48,677 bases of DNA from Sphingomonadaceae bacterium (GCA_050261575.1 JBLNDL010000099.1:1-48677); one strand, 5' to 3'; numbered from the stretch's first letter, positions 8,871-19,241 are shown. The notes: generated from the sequence alone by a model not told the origin. Numbers and translations: made by a program.

Positions 8871-9695
8871 ATGGCCGACAGTGCTGCCCCGACCGAGATT
8901 CCCAGGCTACCCTCCACCGTCCCAGGGTTGAGCGTCGAGAGGGTCAAGACCTCCCTGCGCAAACCGTTTGACATACCCTCGCGATACCGTTGGTTGACGA
9001 TTGTGGGGCTGGTCCTGGGCCTCTTCATATCCGTCGAGTGGCAGGCGCCCGTGGCCAAGGCTCCGGTGACCTCCGACTACCCCAGAGAGCTGGGCAGGGA
9101 GACCATCAAGAGGCTGGAGTCCGAGCAGAAGGAACTGAAGCAGATCATTGCCGACTATCGGGCTCAACTGTCGGAGGTCCAGAAGGATGCCGCCAGCCGA
9201 AAGACCACCCTTGCCGGCATCAACGCCGAGCTGGAGAGCCAGCGGATGCTGGCGGGGCTGGTGCCGCTGGTGGGCCCCGGCGTGCAGGTGACGCTGGACG
9301 ACAGCAACGTCAAGACCATTCCGGCGGGGGAGGATGCCAGCCACTACATCGTCCACGACTACGACATTCGGGATGTGGTGGCGGTGCTGTGGCTGTCGGG
9401 GGCGGAAGCCATCGCCATCAACGGCGAGCGGATAGTGGCGAGCACCTCCATCTACTGCGTCGGCAGCACGATCCTGATAAACGACACCCGCATGTCTCCC
9501 CCCTACGTGATCTCAGCTATCGGCCCCCCCGCGATGGAGGAGGCGCTGAACTCCCCGGCTCGCCTGCAGAAGCTGAAGCAGAACGCGCGACAGTACGGGG
9601 TGCTGTTGAAGATCAACCAGTCCAAGGAAGTGCAGATTCCCGCCTACTCAGGCCGGTTCTCCGCTCGGTACGCCGGCCCGAGCAGTACCAGGTAG
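8871..9695 (+). CDS. DUF881 family protein (TM + coiled coil)
   Basis: AGLVPLVGPGVQVTLDD, VHDYDIRDVV..LW..GAEAIAINGERI, SPPYVISAIG. Confidence 0.9.
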   Translation: MADSAAPTEIPRLPSTVPGLSVERVKTSLRKPFDIPSRYRWLTIVGLVLGLFISVEWQAPVAKAPVTSDYPRELGRETIKRLESEQKELKQIIADYRAQLSEVQKDAASRKTTLAGINAELESQRMLAGLVPLVGPGVQVTLDDSNVKTIPAGEDASHYIVHDYDIRDVVAVLWLSGAEAIAINGERIVASTSIYCVGSTILINDTRMSPPYVISAIGPPAMEEALNSPARLQKLKQNARQYGVLLKINQSKEVQIPAYSGRFSARYAGPSSTR

Positions 9696-9704
9696 GTAGC
9701 CGCC

Positions 9705-10376
9705 GTGCGTAGCCTTGCCGCTCAGATCACGCTCACCCTGGTGTGCCTCCTACTGGGGGTTGCCCTCGTGGTACAGTTCCGTACCCAGGGCAACATCATT
9801 AAGTCGATTATGGTGGACTCCAGCACCGAGCAGGCGACGATCATGAAGGGGCTAGTAGAGAGCAACTCCGCGCTCCGGAAGGAGATCGCCGCCCTCGAGT
9901 TGCAGCTCGCCCAGTATCGGGATGGTGAAGGCGAGGGGAACATCCTCAGCCTGGCCAGGGATCTAAACGAGATAAAGGTGGTGAACGGGCTGATCGAGGC
10001 GTCCGGACCCGGCGTGGAGTTGGTGTTGGGAGGGCCCCTGGCCCCAGAGGAGCTGCAAGACGTTATCAACGAGCTTCGGAACGCCGGTGCCGAGGCGATC
10101 ATGCTGAACGATCGGCGGGTGGTTGTGAATTCCGTGATCTCTCTCGAGCGATCGGGAGCGGTGCTGGATGGCGAGCCGCTGATTCCTCCCTACCAGTTCG
10201 CGGCTATCGGCGATCCAGAGACGTTGGCGAGGGCCGTGGATCGAAAGGGCGGTCTGGTGCCGGCGCTGCTGGCCAACCATCCTGAGCTCGAGATGGATCT
10301 GCAGAAGCGCGACAGGCTGGTTGCACCGATCTACGAGCGGAAGCTGGAGTTCCGATACGCGAAGGCCGCGCAGTAA
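9705..10376 (+). CDS. DUF881 family protein (second copy)
   Basis: GPGVEL, LQDVINELRNAGAEAI.LN..RVV, PPY.F.AIGDP. Confidence 0.88.
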   Translation: MRSLAAQITLTLVCLLLGVALVVQFRTQGNIIKSIMVDSSTEQATIMKGLVESNSALRKEIAALELQLAQYRDGEGEGNILSLARDLNEIKVVNGLIEASGPGVELVLGGPLAPEELQDVINELRNAGAEAIMLNDRRVVVNSVISLERSGAVLDGEPLIPPYQFAAIGDPETLARAVDRKGGLVPALLANHPELEMDLQKRDRLVAPIYERKLEFRYAKAAQ

Positions 10377-10398
10377 CCAGTGATCAGTAACGAGTAGT
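10371..10398. repeat. Tandem heptamer repeat (CAGTAAC CAGTGAT CAGTAAC GAGTAGT)
   Basis: Four imperfect 7-mers between convergent genes. Confidence 0.55.
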
Positions 10399-10401
10399 GG
10401 A

Positions 10402-10635
10402 TTAGTGGCAGGTAGCGCAACTGCCGCCACCGCAGCCGGAGCACCCTCCGCCGGAGGAAACCGACGGTGCCCCTCCGTCGCCGGAGCTTCGGACGGCCGC
10501 AAAGGTGGAGAGCAGCTTGTGTGTGTTGCTGCCACCACAGCGAGGGCACGAGGGTTGCTCGTGTGCTCGGCCGAGCGATATCAGCTTCTCGAACTTGGTG
10601 CTACAATCTGGGCAGAAGTACTCGTAAATGGGCAT
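10402..10635 (-). CDS. FmdB-family zinc-ribbon protein
   Basis: MPIYEYFCPDC..KFE...CPRCGG...KLLSTF, Gly/Cys-rich tail. Confidence 0.9.
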   Translation of the reverse strand: MPIYEYFCPDCSTKFEKLISLGRAHEQPSCPRCGGSNTHKLLSTFAAVRSSGDGGAPSVSSGGGCSGCGGGSCATCH

Positions 10636-10674
10636 CTGGGAGTCTCCGTTTCTCGGCAACAGCCTACGCTAGGG

Positions 10675-10703
10675 ATTCTAAGTCTGCCACATTGACAGGT
10701 CAA
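10675..10703 (-). promoter_or_regulatory. Promoter of the FmdB-like gene with a palindrome over the -35 box
   Basis: Minus-strand TTGACC-17 bp-TAGAAT; TTGAC-AG-GTCAA palindrome at 10692-10703. Confidence 0.55.
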
Positions 10704-10792
10704 GGATGATGGGGCAGGGCGAGCGCCCTGCCCTGTGTGTGATATGAGGTCGGCCGGTGGGCCGCCCTTCACCCTTTAGAGGGAGGCTAGCT

Positions 10793-12232
10793 TTGAGGGA
10801 TCTGGCTTCGCGCTGTCTCGACATGGCGAGGGCGTTGAGAGCCAGGTATGCCGACGTTCGGATCCTGCGGGTTCGAGACGAGGAGATCGTGGTCAAGAAC
10901 GGCAGGGTCGAGGCGATGCTGGTCCGCGAGGAGGAGGGGTTCGGCGTTCGGGCGATAGCCGACGGTGCTTGGGGCTTTGCCGCCAGCCGTCGATTGGAGC
11001 CGGCCGAGGCCGATCGGATCGCCGCCCTCGCCGTTCAGGTGGCAAGGGCCAGCGCACTGGCGAAACGGTCCGACGTGCGGATCGGGGACCCGGTCGTGTC
11101 GATGGGGAGCTACACCACTCCCGTGAAGATCGACCCCTTCGGGGTGTCGGTGGAGGAGAAGATCGGCCTGCTGCTCCAGGCGGACGCGGCGATGCGGTCG
11201 GTGCCCGGCGTGAGCGTGGCTGAGAGCAGCATCCAGTCGATTCGGACCGAGAAGCTGTTCGCCAGCACCGAGGGCAGCTTCGTCGAGCAGGAGTTGGTGG
11301 AGACCGGCGCCGGCATCGAGGCGACGGCAGTCCGGGACGGGGAGGTGCAGAAGCGCTCCTACCCGAACAGCTTCGGGCGCCATCAGGGGACTGCGGGGTA
11401 CGAGTTCGTGCTGGACATGAAGCTGGCGGAGAACGCCCCGCTGATCGCGGAGCAGGCGGTGCAGCTTCTCTCGGCGGAGCAGTGCCCCAGCGACCTGGTC
11501 ACGACGGTCATCCTGGATCCCACTCAGGTGGCCCTGCAGCTTCACGAATCCTGTGGCCATCCCATCGAGCTGGATCGTGTGTTGGGCACCGAGGCCAGCT
11601 TCGCGGGGACCAGTTTCCTAACCATGGACAAGCTGGGCAGCTTCCGGTACGCGTCGCCGGTGGTGAACATCGTGGCCGACGCCACGGTCCCCGGCGGGCT
11701 CGGCACCTTCGGCTACGACGACGAGGGTGTGCCCGCACAGCGGGTGCCGATAGTCCAGAACGGTGTCTTCGTCAACTACCTCACCTCGCGGGAGACCGCC
11801 GCCCTGCTGGGGCAGAACAGCAACGGCACGATGCGGGCCGATGGCTGGAACCGGATACCCTTGATCCGGATGACCAATGTCAACCTGGAGCCGGGCACCT
11901 GGAGCCTGGAGGACATGATTGCGGACACCGACGAGGGAATCTACATGATGACCAACAAGAGTTGGAGCATCGACGACCGCCGGCTCAACTTCCAGTTCGG
12001 TACGGAGATCGCCTGGGAGATCAAGGGCGGCAAGCTGGTGCGGATGTTCAAGAATGCCACCTACACCGGCATCACTCCCCAGTTCTGGGGCGGCTGTGAT
12101 GCCGTCGGGCGCGAGTGGAGGGTGTGGGGCATTCCCAACTGCGGCAAGGGTCAGCCCATGCAGGTTGCCCACGTGGGCCACGGGGCTGCTGCTGCCCGCT
12201 TCAGAAACGTCCGCGTGGGTGTGATGGGATAG
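10793..12232 (+). CDS. tldD: TldD family metalloprotease
   Basis: HESCGH..ELDR zinc motif, GYDDEGV, RMTN, CGKGQP; TTG start after GGGAGG. Confidence 0.92.
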   Translation: MRDLASRCLDMARALRARYADVRILRVRDEEIVVKNGRVEAMLVREEEGFGVRAIADGAWGFAASRRLEPAEADRIAALAVQVARASALAKRSDVRIGDPVVSMGSYTTPVKIDPFGVSVEEKIGLLLQADAAMRSVPGVSVAESSIQSIRTEKLFASTEGSFVEQELVETGAGIEATAVRDGEVQKRSYPNSFGRHQGTAGYEFVLDMKLAENAPLIAEQAVQLLSAEQCPSDLVTTVILDPTQVALQLHESCGHPIELDRVLGTEASFAGTSFLTMDKLGSFRYASPVVNIVADATVPGGLGTFGYDDEGVPAQRVPIVQNGVFVNYLTSRETAALLGQNSNGTMRADGWNRIPLIRMTNVNLEPGTWSLEDMIADTDEGIYMMTNKSWSIDDRRLNFQFGTEIAWEIKGGKLVRMFKNATYTGITPQFWGGCDAVGREWRVWGIPNCGKGQPMQVAHVGHGAAAARFRNVRVGVMG

Positions 12233-12242
12233 GGGGATCTCG

Positions 12243-13577
12243 GTGATAGGAGAGCAAAGGATTCGCGAGCTTGCCGACGATCTGCTCAGCTACTCCACAG
12301 CCGATCAGACAGAGGTTACGTTCACAGTGGTCGAGACGGGCCTCACCCGTTTCGCCAACTCGGCGATCCATCAAAACGTCTTCGAGAGCAACGCCGAGGT
12401 GAGGGTAAGGGCGGTGCTGGGGAAGAAGATCGGGGTGGCCACATCCAACAGCCTCGATCCGGTGGCTCTACGTCGGTTGGTGGACACAGCGGCCGCTGTC
12501 GCCCGCCGCCAACCGGAGAACCCGGACTTCGTCTCCCTGCCCGGGCCGAGGCCCATCCAGCGGCTGAACGCGTGTGACGAGGGGACGGTCACCTGTACGC
12601 CCGAGGAGCGGGCGGAGATGGTTCGGATCGTGTGCACCGCGGCCGTGGACCAGGGTGTGTCTGCGGCGGGTGCGCTGGAGACGGCGGTGCGGGAGTACGC
12701 GGTGGCCAACTCCCTGGAGGTGTTCGCCTACGACACCCAGAGCACGGCCGGACTCAGCACCGTGATGTCCGCGGAGAGCGGCTCCGGTTACGCTGAGCAG
12801 AACAGCGTGTTCATCCACGCGCTGGATCCCGAGGGCGTGGCTCGTGAGGCGATAGACAAGGCGCTGCGCAGCCGGTATCCGGTGGACCTTCCCCCCGGGG
12901 AGTACGTAACCCTCCTCGAGGAGTACGCCGTCGCGGAGATGCTGTTCTACCTCGCCTACATTGGGCTGGGCGCTCAGGCGGTGCAGGAGGGTCGCAGCTT
13001 CATGAACGGCAGGTTTGGCCAGCGGATCGTCGACCCCCGCATCGACATCTGGGACGATGGATGGGACCCACGGGGCTTCCCCTGGTCCTTCGACTTCGAG
13101 GGGGTCCCCAAGCAGCGGGTCGAGATGATCGCCCGCGGGGTGGCCAACGGCGTGGTGTACGACAGCTACACTGCTTACCGAGAGGGGAAGGAGTCTACGG
13201 GCCACGCGTTGCCGGCGCCGAACCCCTACGGTCCCCAGCCCCTCAACCTGTTCATGGGGACCGGAGACGCCACCAAGGAGCAGATGCTGGCCTCGGTCGA
13301 ACGGGGCCTGTGGGTGACCCGGTTTCACTACGTGAACGTGCTCCACCCCACTCAGACGGTGCTCACCGGGATGACCCGCGACGGCACCTTCCTGATTGAG
13401 AACGGGCAGATCGTGGGACCGGTGAAGAACCTCCGTTTCACCCAGAGCGTGCTGGAGGCTCTCTCCTCGGTGAGGATGATCGGCCGGGATGTGAAGTTCT
13501 GCCATCCGGAGGTGGCGGTGGTGGTCCCGGCTCTGCTGGTGGATCGCTTCCGCTTCACCGGCGCGACCGAGTTCTGA
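12243..13577 (+). CDS. pmbA: TldE/PmbA family protein
   Basis: TRFANSAIHQN, FDFEGVPK, STGHA, TGMTRDG; lacks HExxH; directly follows tldD. Confidence 0.88.
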   Translation: MIGEQRIRELADDLLSYSTADQTEVTFTVVETGLTRFANSAIHQNVFESNAEVRVRAVLGKKIGVATSNSLDPVALRRLVDTAAAVARRQPENPDFVSLPGPRPIQRLNACDEGTVTCTPEERAEMVRIVCTAAVDQGVSAAGALETAVREYAVANSLEVFAYDTQSTAGLSTVMSAESGSGYAEQNSVFIHALDPEGVAREAIDKALRSRYPVDLPPGEYVTLLEEYAVAEMLFYLAYIGLGAQAVQEGRSFMNGRFGQRIVDPRIDIWDDGWDPRGFPWSFDFEGVPKQRVEMIARGVANGVVYDSYTAYREGKESTGHALPAPNPYGPQPLNLFMGTGDATKEQMLASVERGLWVTRFHYVNVLHPTQTVLTGMTRDGTFLIENGQIVGPVKNLRFTQSVLEALSSVRMIGRDVKFCHPEVAVVVPALLVDRFRFTGATEF

Positions 13578-13685
13578 GGAGGTTGTCGGAGGGCTTGCGG
13601 TGCTCTGCGCGGAGAGCGTCCGGCGGCGTGGGCAGGGTAGCCCCGGAATCGCGAAGGACATATGGGTGATTGCCTAGAGCGGTCC

Positions 13686-14384
13686 ATGGATTACGATGAA
13701 CTCGAAGCGAAGTTGGGCATGAAGTTGCCGGATCGGGAGCTGATCCGGCTTGCCATGGTTCACACCTCTTACTTGAACGAAAACCCGGGTTTTGCCCCCA
13801 CTTCCAACGAACGGCTGGAGTTTCTGGGCGACGCGGTCATCGGGGCGGTCGTGGCGGATTATCTCTACCGCACCTTCCCCGATCTCCCCGAAGGCCAGCT
13901 CACCAGCCTTCGGGCGGCGGTGGTGCGGGCTAGATCGCTGGCCAATTGGGCAAAGCAGTTGCAGTTGGGGAAGCTACTGCTGCTGGGAAAGGGTGAGGAG
14001 GCACATGGGGGGCGCGAGCGGGAAGGGCTCCTCGCGGCTGCCTTCGAGGCGCTGATCGCCGCTGTCTACCTCCAGCACGGCTACGACGGGGCGAAGCGTG
14101 CCCTGGAACTGTTCCTGCCCGCTGCGATAGAATCGGTCATCCGCAGGCAGGCCGCGGTCGATGCCAAGTCTCAATTGCAGCACCTCTGCCAGGCCACGAT
14201 GCAGGCCACACCGGTGTACCGGGTGGTGGACGTCTCGGGTCCTCCCCACAAGCCTACCTACACCGTCGAGGTGATGGTGGGTGATCAGCGCCTGGGGCTT
14301 GGGACCGGACGCAGCAAACAGGCGGCGGAGCAGGCGGCGGCGACCGAGGCGCTCGAGGGGTGCAAAGGCGCTGACAGATCGTAA
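13686..14384 (+). CDS. rnc: Ribonuclease III
   Basis: NERLEFLGDAV signature; dsRBD (DAKSQLQ...GPPHKP...G.G.SKQAAEQAAA). Confidence 0.96.
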   Translation: MDYDELEAKLGMKLPDRELIRLAMVHTSYLNENPGFAPTSNERLEFLGDAVIGAVVADYLYRTFPDLPEGQLTSLRAAVVRARSLANWAKQLQLGKLLLLGKGEEAHGGREREGLLAAAFEALIAAVYLQHGYDGAKRALELFLPAAIESVIRRQAAVDAKSQLQHLCQATMQATPVYRVVDVSGPPHKPTYTVEVMVGDQRLGLGTGRSKQAAEQAAATEALEGCKGADRS

Positions 14385-14426
14385 GGGCCCTATTCTGTCT
14401 CCGTTTCCCAGTCTGGAGTCTCCCCT

Positions 14427-17400
14427 TTGTATCTCAAACGTCTAGAGTTGATTGGCTTCAAGAGCTTTGCGTCCAAGACGGTTCTGGAGTTGGACCGTGG
14501 GATCACCGTCGTTGTTGGACCCAACGGCAGCGGCAAGAGCAACCTGGTGGACGCCATCCGGTGGGCGCTCGGTGAGCAGAGTCTGCGCGCGGTGCGAAGC
14601 CGAAAGAGCGAGGAGGTGATCTTCGCCGGGAACGCCCGAAAGGCACCCGTGGGCATGGCAGAGGTGACCCTGGTGCTGGACAACTCCGACGGGACGTTGC
14701 CAGTGCCCTTCAGCGAGGTTTCCATCAGCCGCCGGCAGTACCGGTCGGGAGAGGGCGAGTATCTGATCAACCGGACTCGGGCTCGGCTGAAGGACGTGGT
14801 GGAGCTTCTGACCCACGCCAGCCTGGGGCCCGATGCCTACGCCGTGGTGGGCCAGGGGGCGGTCGACGAGGTGCTGTTGCAGCGCCCCGAGGAGCGGCGT
14901 TCCATGGTGGAGGCCGCGGCAGACATCAGTCGGTATCAGCTCAAGCTGAAGGAGAGCCTGGACAGGCTCTCTGAGACCGAGGGCAACATCCGGAGGGTGG
15001 AGGACATAAGGGGGGAGATAACCCCCCGCCTGGCCAAGCTGCGCACCCAGGCGCACAGGGCCCAGCGCCACGAGCAGTTGTCGCGCCGCTTGCGGGAGAT
15101 GGTCCAGTGGCGCTACCTGCTGGAGATCCGCCACACGCGGGAGCGGGCCGCCGCCGAGTTGGGGCGTGAGGGGGAGTGCGCGGCGAGAGCCCAGGAGGCC
15201 GCCCGGCTCCAGGAGGCATCGCGCCTGCAGGTGAGCCAGTTGCGCAACCGGCTGCGCGACGAGGAGGCGGCGCTGGAGGCCGCACGGGAGCGGCTAAATG
15301 CCCTCCGTCTGGCGAAGGCCAAGAGCGAGCGAGAGGCTGCGCTCGCTCAGGAGCGGGAGGCGGCCTTCCGGCGGCAGCGCAGCGAGGCCGAGGAGGAGCT
15401 GTCGCGTGCCCGGAAGGAGCGGCTGGAGTTGGAGGCCGAGCTTCGGAAGCTGGAGGACCTCCGGTCGGAGCTGTCGGAGCGGGTTGCGAAAGCCCGAGCT
15501 GAGCTGGCGCCCGTGGAGGCGGAGCGGCAAAGAGCGAGCTCTGAGCTTCGGCTGGTGCAGGCGCAGTTGGATAGACTCTCCAGCGAGCGGCAGGCGGCGG
15601 CCTCGCGGCGGCTGGAACTGCAGGAGCGGCGCAACTCCCTGGAGAGGGAGATCCGGAAGGCCGAGGCGGCGCGGAAGGAAAGTCTGGCGGCTGCCGAGGA
15701 GGCCACCGGCCGGCTGGCTCGGCTGGAAGAGGAGGCGGCCAGGACCCAGGAGGGCGTGGCCGCTCTCAGGGAGCAACTGGCGCAGACCGAAGCGCGCCAT
15801 AGGGAGGCCCAGGAGAAGCTTCGGCCGCTAGGTGCCGAGTTGGAGGCCGCCCGCAGGGATGAGCGGCAGGCGTGGGAGCAGGACAACGCCCTTCGAAACA
15901 AACTCTCCCTGCTGCGGTCCCTCAAGGAGGAGCACCGCGGGCTGGCCTCCGGGGCCAAGCTGCTGCTGGAGGCGCGGCTGCCTGGCATCAGGGGGACCCT
16001 GGCATCCATGATCCGCGTGCCCAAGGAGTACGTCACTGCGGTGGGCGCCGCGCTGGGAGGCGCGCAGGGTTACGTGGTTGCGGAGGGCTTCCCGGAGGGG
16101 CTGGAGGCGCTGCACTACCTGTCCCAACGGAAGGGACGGGCCACCATCGCCCCCCTCCGACTGGAGAAAAGGGAATCCCCTCAGGCAGTGGTGGCGGAGC
16201 TACGGTCTCGCCTGGACGGGCTGCTCGATGGCATCCATTATCACGGACTCGCCGCCGATCTGATCTCCTGCCCCGAGGAGGCCCGAGACCTGGCCGCGCG
16301 TTACCTGGGAGTGAGCCTGGTAGTGGAAACCCTGCCCGACGCACTGAAGCTGTACGAGCGTCTCACGAGGCTGACCGACGGCAGGCTGGCCTTCCAGGTG
16401 GTCACCATGGACGGGCGGCTGGTGCGGGCGAGGGGGGACCTCGCCTGCTCCACGAACGGGGAGAAGGACGGCGGTCTGCTGGCGCGGGAGACCGAGCTCC
16501 AGGCGCTCACGGAGTCCGCGGAGGGCGCCAGGGCGAGTCTGGAGGAGGCGAAGGCTCGCGTCGCCCGCTTGGAGGCGGCCCAGTCGGAGCTGTCCAGGCA
16601 GGTGGCCACGGCGTCGGCCGAGGCGGCGAGGCTCCAGAAGGAGATCGCCGGGCGCAGTTCCGCATCAGGCGAGCTGGCATCGCAGTTGGCCAAGCTGGAG
16701 GCGGCCATCGAGTGGCAGCGGTCCCGAGCCTCGGGCGCCGAACGGGAGGCGGCCCAAGCGCGGGAGAGGTTGGGCAAGATAGAGCAGGAACTGGGCGCGG
16801 CGGAGGCCAGGGAGGCCGAGGCACGCGCGAAGGCCGAGCAGCTACGGGAGGATCTGGCAGAGCAGCAGGCGTTCGTGGCCGAGATCGGCGGACGTCTCTC
16901 GCGTCTGCAGGGTGAGCTGTCGAGTGCACAAGGGCGTCTCAGGGAGGTGGAGGCGAGGCTCTCCGCCCTCTCGGACGCCCTCGAGCGGGCCGAGGGGAGG
17001 GTGAGGCGGCAGGAGACCAGGGTCGCCGAGTTCTCCGAGGCCATGATCCACCTGGCGGAGGGTCCGCTGGGGGGCTTCTCCGCCGAGATGCAGAGCGAAC
17101 TGGAGTCGCTGGAGGGGCAGGTGTCGGAGGCGGCCAGGAGGGTGGCTCTGCTCAGGGAGAGCAGCAGCGCGGCGGAGGCCAAGCTGGCGGAGCTGACCGA
17201 CGCCCAGGAGGCGGCCAGGGAGCAGCTCTCCGAAGTCCGATCGAGGGCCCAGCGCGCCTCCGTGGAGCTGCTTGCCCTGGTGAAGGAGGCGGCGAGAGAC
17301 TCGGGGGTGGAGATGGAGTTGCCGGAGGATCCGGGGTCCTCTGGCGAGCTGCTGGAGCATGCCGACCGGATGGTGGCGGTTCTGGGCGGTGCCCTGGGTG

Positions 17401-18095
17401 AGATGCCCGCGGATGGCTTTCCCGAGACGCTGCAGGCGGCGACCCAGAAGGCGGAGGCGCTGCGCAAGGAGCTGCAATCGCTGGGCACCATTAATGCGGA
17501 GGCCCCCGAGGAGTATCGCCTTCTCTCCGAGCGCAACGCCTTCCTCTCCACACAGTTGGACGACCTGCGGGAGGCCGAGCGCACACTCCGGAAGGCCATC
17601 GAGGAGCTGAGACAGTTGATGGCGGATCGGTTCCAGTCCACGTTCGAACTGGTGAACGCCGAGTTCGCGCGCTGCTTCTCCATCCTCTTCGGTGGTGGCA
17701 ACGCCAAGCTGGTTCTCACCCAGCCCGATCAGCCGCTGGAGGGAGGGGTGGATGTCGTGGCTACCCCTCCGGGGAAGAGGGGAGGCAACCTCCTGGGTCT
17801 GTCCGGCGGGGAGCGGGCCCTCACCGCGGTGGCGCTGCTGTTCGCGCTGATGAGGGTGAACCCCAGTCCCTTCTGCCTGCTGGACGAGGTGGACGCCGCG
17901 CTGGACGAGTCCAACGTGCAGCGGTTCTGCGACATGGTGCGGGATCTGACTGCGACGACGCAGTTCCTGATGATCTCTCACAACCGGACTACTATGGAGG
18001 CCGCAAGCGTCCTTTACGGGGTCTCCATGGCCTCCGACTCGACCTCCAGGGTGATGTCGCTGAGGTTGGCCGCGGATGGAGCCGAGGCGCGCTGA
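14427..18095 (+). CDS. smc: Chromosome segregation protein SMC
   Basis: GFKSF, Walker A GPNGSGKSN, long coiled coils with hinge, LSGGE, LLDEVDAALD. Confidence 0.96.
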   Translation: MYLKRLELIGFKSFASKTVLELDRGITVVVGPNGSGKSNLVDAIRWALGEQSLRAVRSRKSEEVIFAGNARKAPVGMAEVTLVLDNSDGTLPVPFSEVSISRRQYRSGEGEYLINRTRARLKDVVELLTHASLGPDAYAVVGQGAVDEVLLQRPEERRSMVEAAADISRYQLKLKESLDRLSETEGNIRRVEDIRGEITPRLAKLRTQAHRAQRHEQLSRRLREMVQWRYLLEIRHTRERAAAELGREGECAARAQEAARLQEASRLQVSQLRNRLRDEEAALEAARERLNALRLAKAKSEREAALAQEREAAFRRQRSEAEEELSRARKERLELEAELRKLEDLRSELSERVAKARAELAPVEAERQRASSELRLVQAQLDRLSSERQAAASRRLELQERRNSLEREIRKAEAARKESLAAAEEATGRLARLEEEAARTQEGVAALREQLAQTEARHREAQEKLRPLGAELEAARRDERQAWEQDNALRNKLSLLRSLKEEHRGLASGAKLLLEARLPGIRGTLASMIRVPKEYVTAVGAALGGAQGYVVAEGFPEGLEALHYLSQRKGRATIAPLRLEKRESPQAVVAELRSRLDGLLDGIHYHGLAADLISCPEEARDLAARYLGVSLVVETLPDALKLYERLTRLTDGRLAFQVVTMDGRLVRARGDLACSTNGEKDGGLLARETELQALTESAEGARASLEEAKARVARLEAAQSELSRQVATASAEAARLQKEIAGRSSASGELASQLAKLEAAIEWQRSRASGAEREAAQARERLGKIEQELGAAEAREAEARAKAEQLREDLAEQQAFVAEIGGRLSRLQGELSSAQGRLREVEARLSALSDALERAEGRVRRQETRVAEFSEAMIHLAEGPLGGFSAEMQSELESLEGQVSEAARRVALLRESSSAAEAKLAELTDAQEAAREQLSEVRSRAQRASVELLALVKEAARDSGVEMELPEDPGSSGELLEHADRMVAVLGGALGEMPADGFPETLQAATQKAEALRKELQSLGTINAEAPEEYRLLSERNAFLSTQLDDLREAERTLRKAIEELRQLMADRFQSTFELVNAEFARCFSILFGGGNAKLVLTQPDQPLEGGVDVVATPPGKRGGNLLGLSGGERALTAVALLFALMRVNPSPFCLLDEVDAALDESNVQRFCDMVRDLTATTQFLMISHNRTTMEAASVLYGVSMASDSTSRVMSLRLAADGAEAR

Positions 18096-18241
18096 TGGCC
18101 CGCTTGGCCCGGCGTCGACTGGATTGAGCCGATCCGGATTCGCTGTTTGCGCCCGAGAGTGGCCTCCTGTAGGATTCGAGAAGGATTCGCAGTATGTCGT
18201 CTCGGTTGCGGAGATCGTCGACTTGGGGGCATTGAGAAAGA

Positions 18242-19168
18242 GTGGTTTTCGATCGTTTCAGGAAGATCGACAGTAGCCTGCGGCGGACCCGAGAGTCCTT
18301 CTTCGGGAAGATCGCTGGCGTTTTCAGCCGCGGGAGCATCGACGAGGATCTGTGGGACGAGCTAGAGGAGCTACTGATCCAGGCAGACGTCGGCGTGGAG
18401 ACCACGGAGAAGCTGCTGGATCGTCTGCGGACGCGAGCCAGGAAGGAGCACATCGCCGAACCCTCCGAGCTGTACTCGGCCCTCAAGGATGAGCTTCGGG
18501 CCCTCCTGGGAGAGGGCGATTGTTCCGGCCTGCTGCCGGAGGAGGGGCTGGGCGTCGTGCTGGTGGTCGGTGTCAACGGCGTCGGCAAGACGACGACCAT
18601 CGCCAAGCTGGGTAAGCACTGGAGTGACCAGGGGCGAAGGGTCATCCTTGCGGCCGCGGACACCTTCCGTGCGGCGGCCATCGACCAATTGAAGATCTGG
18701 GGCGAGCGAGCCGCCTTGCCGGTGGTGAGCCACCAGCCCGGCGCGGATCCCGGCTCGGTGGTCTTCGATGCCCTGACCGCGGCGAGGTCGCGGGGCGCCG
18801 ATCTGGTGGTGGTGGACACGGCGGGCCGGCTCCACACCAAGTTCAACCTGATGGAGGAGCTGAAGAAGATCAAACGGATCGTGGAGAAGCAGGCTCCCGA
18901 GCGGCTGACCACGGTCCTGGTGCTGGACGCCACCACGGGGCAGAACGGGCTGATGCAGGCCAAGCAGTTCCAGGAAGCGATCCACATCGACGCGGTGGCC
19001 GTAGCGAAGCTGGACGGCACCGCCAAGGGCGGGATCATCTTCGCGATCGGGGATCAACTGGGTATCCCCGTATGCTGGGTGGGAACCGGGGAGAAGATCG
19101 ACGACCTGGCCGAGTTCGACCCCGATCGATTCGTGGAGGCACTTCTAGCTCCCTCCGAGAAGGAGTGA
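18242..19168 (+). CDS. ftsY: SRP receptor FtsY
   Basis: GVNGVGKTTTIAKL, DTFRAAA, DTAGR, KLDGTAKGG. Confidence 0.97.
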   Translation: MVFDRFRKIDSSLRRTRESFFGKIAGVFSRGSIDEDLWDELEELLIQADVGVETTEKLLDRLRTRARKEHIAEPSELYSALKDELRALLGEGDCSGLLPEEGLGVVLVVGVNGVGKTTTIAKLGKHWSDQGRRVILAAADTFRAAAIDQLKIWGERAALPVVSHQPGADPGSVVFDALTAARSRGADLVVVDTAGRLHTKFNLMEELKKIKRIVEKQAPERLTTVLVLDATTGQNGLMQAKQFQEAIHIDAVAVAKLDGTAKGGIIFAIGDQLGIPVCWVGTGEKIDDLAEFDPDRFVEALLAPSEKE

Positions 19169-19189
19169 GCCGGCCGGCGCAAACCCTCG

Positions 19190-19222
19190 CCCCCTTCCCC
19201 GACCGGGAAGGGGGTTCTTGTT
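19190..19222 (+). terminator. Probable intrinsic terminator after ftsY
   Basis: 10-bp stem CCCCCTTCCC/GGGAAGGGGG, 5-nt loop, followed by TTCTTGTT. Confidence 0.55.
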
Positions 19223-19241
19223 CGGGCAGGAGTGGGCATGC

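Noticed and set aside
10405..10419. CATCH (CxxCH) at the end of the FmdB-like protein as a heme site
   Set aside because: No export signal; Cys-rich tails are common in this cytoplasmic family
14427..18095. SMC as part of a defence system (Wadjet/Lamassu type)
   Set aside because: Canonical hinge-containing SMC in the standard rnc-smc-ftsY context, with no accessory defence genes
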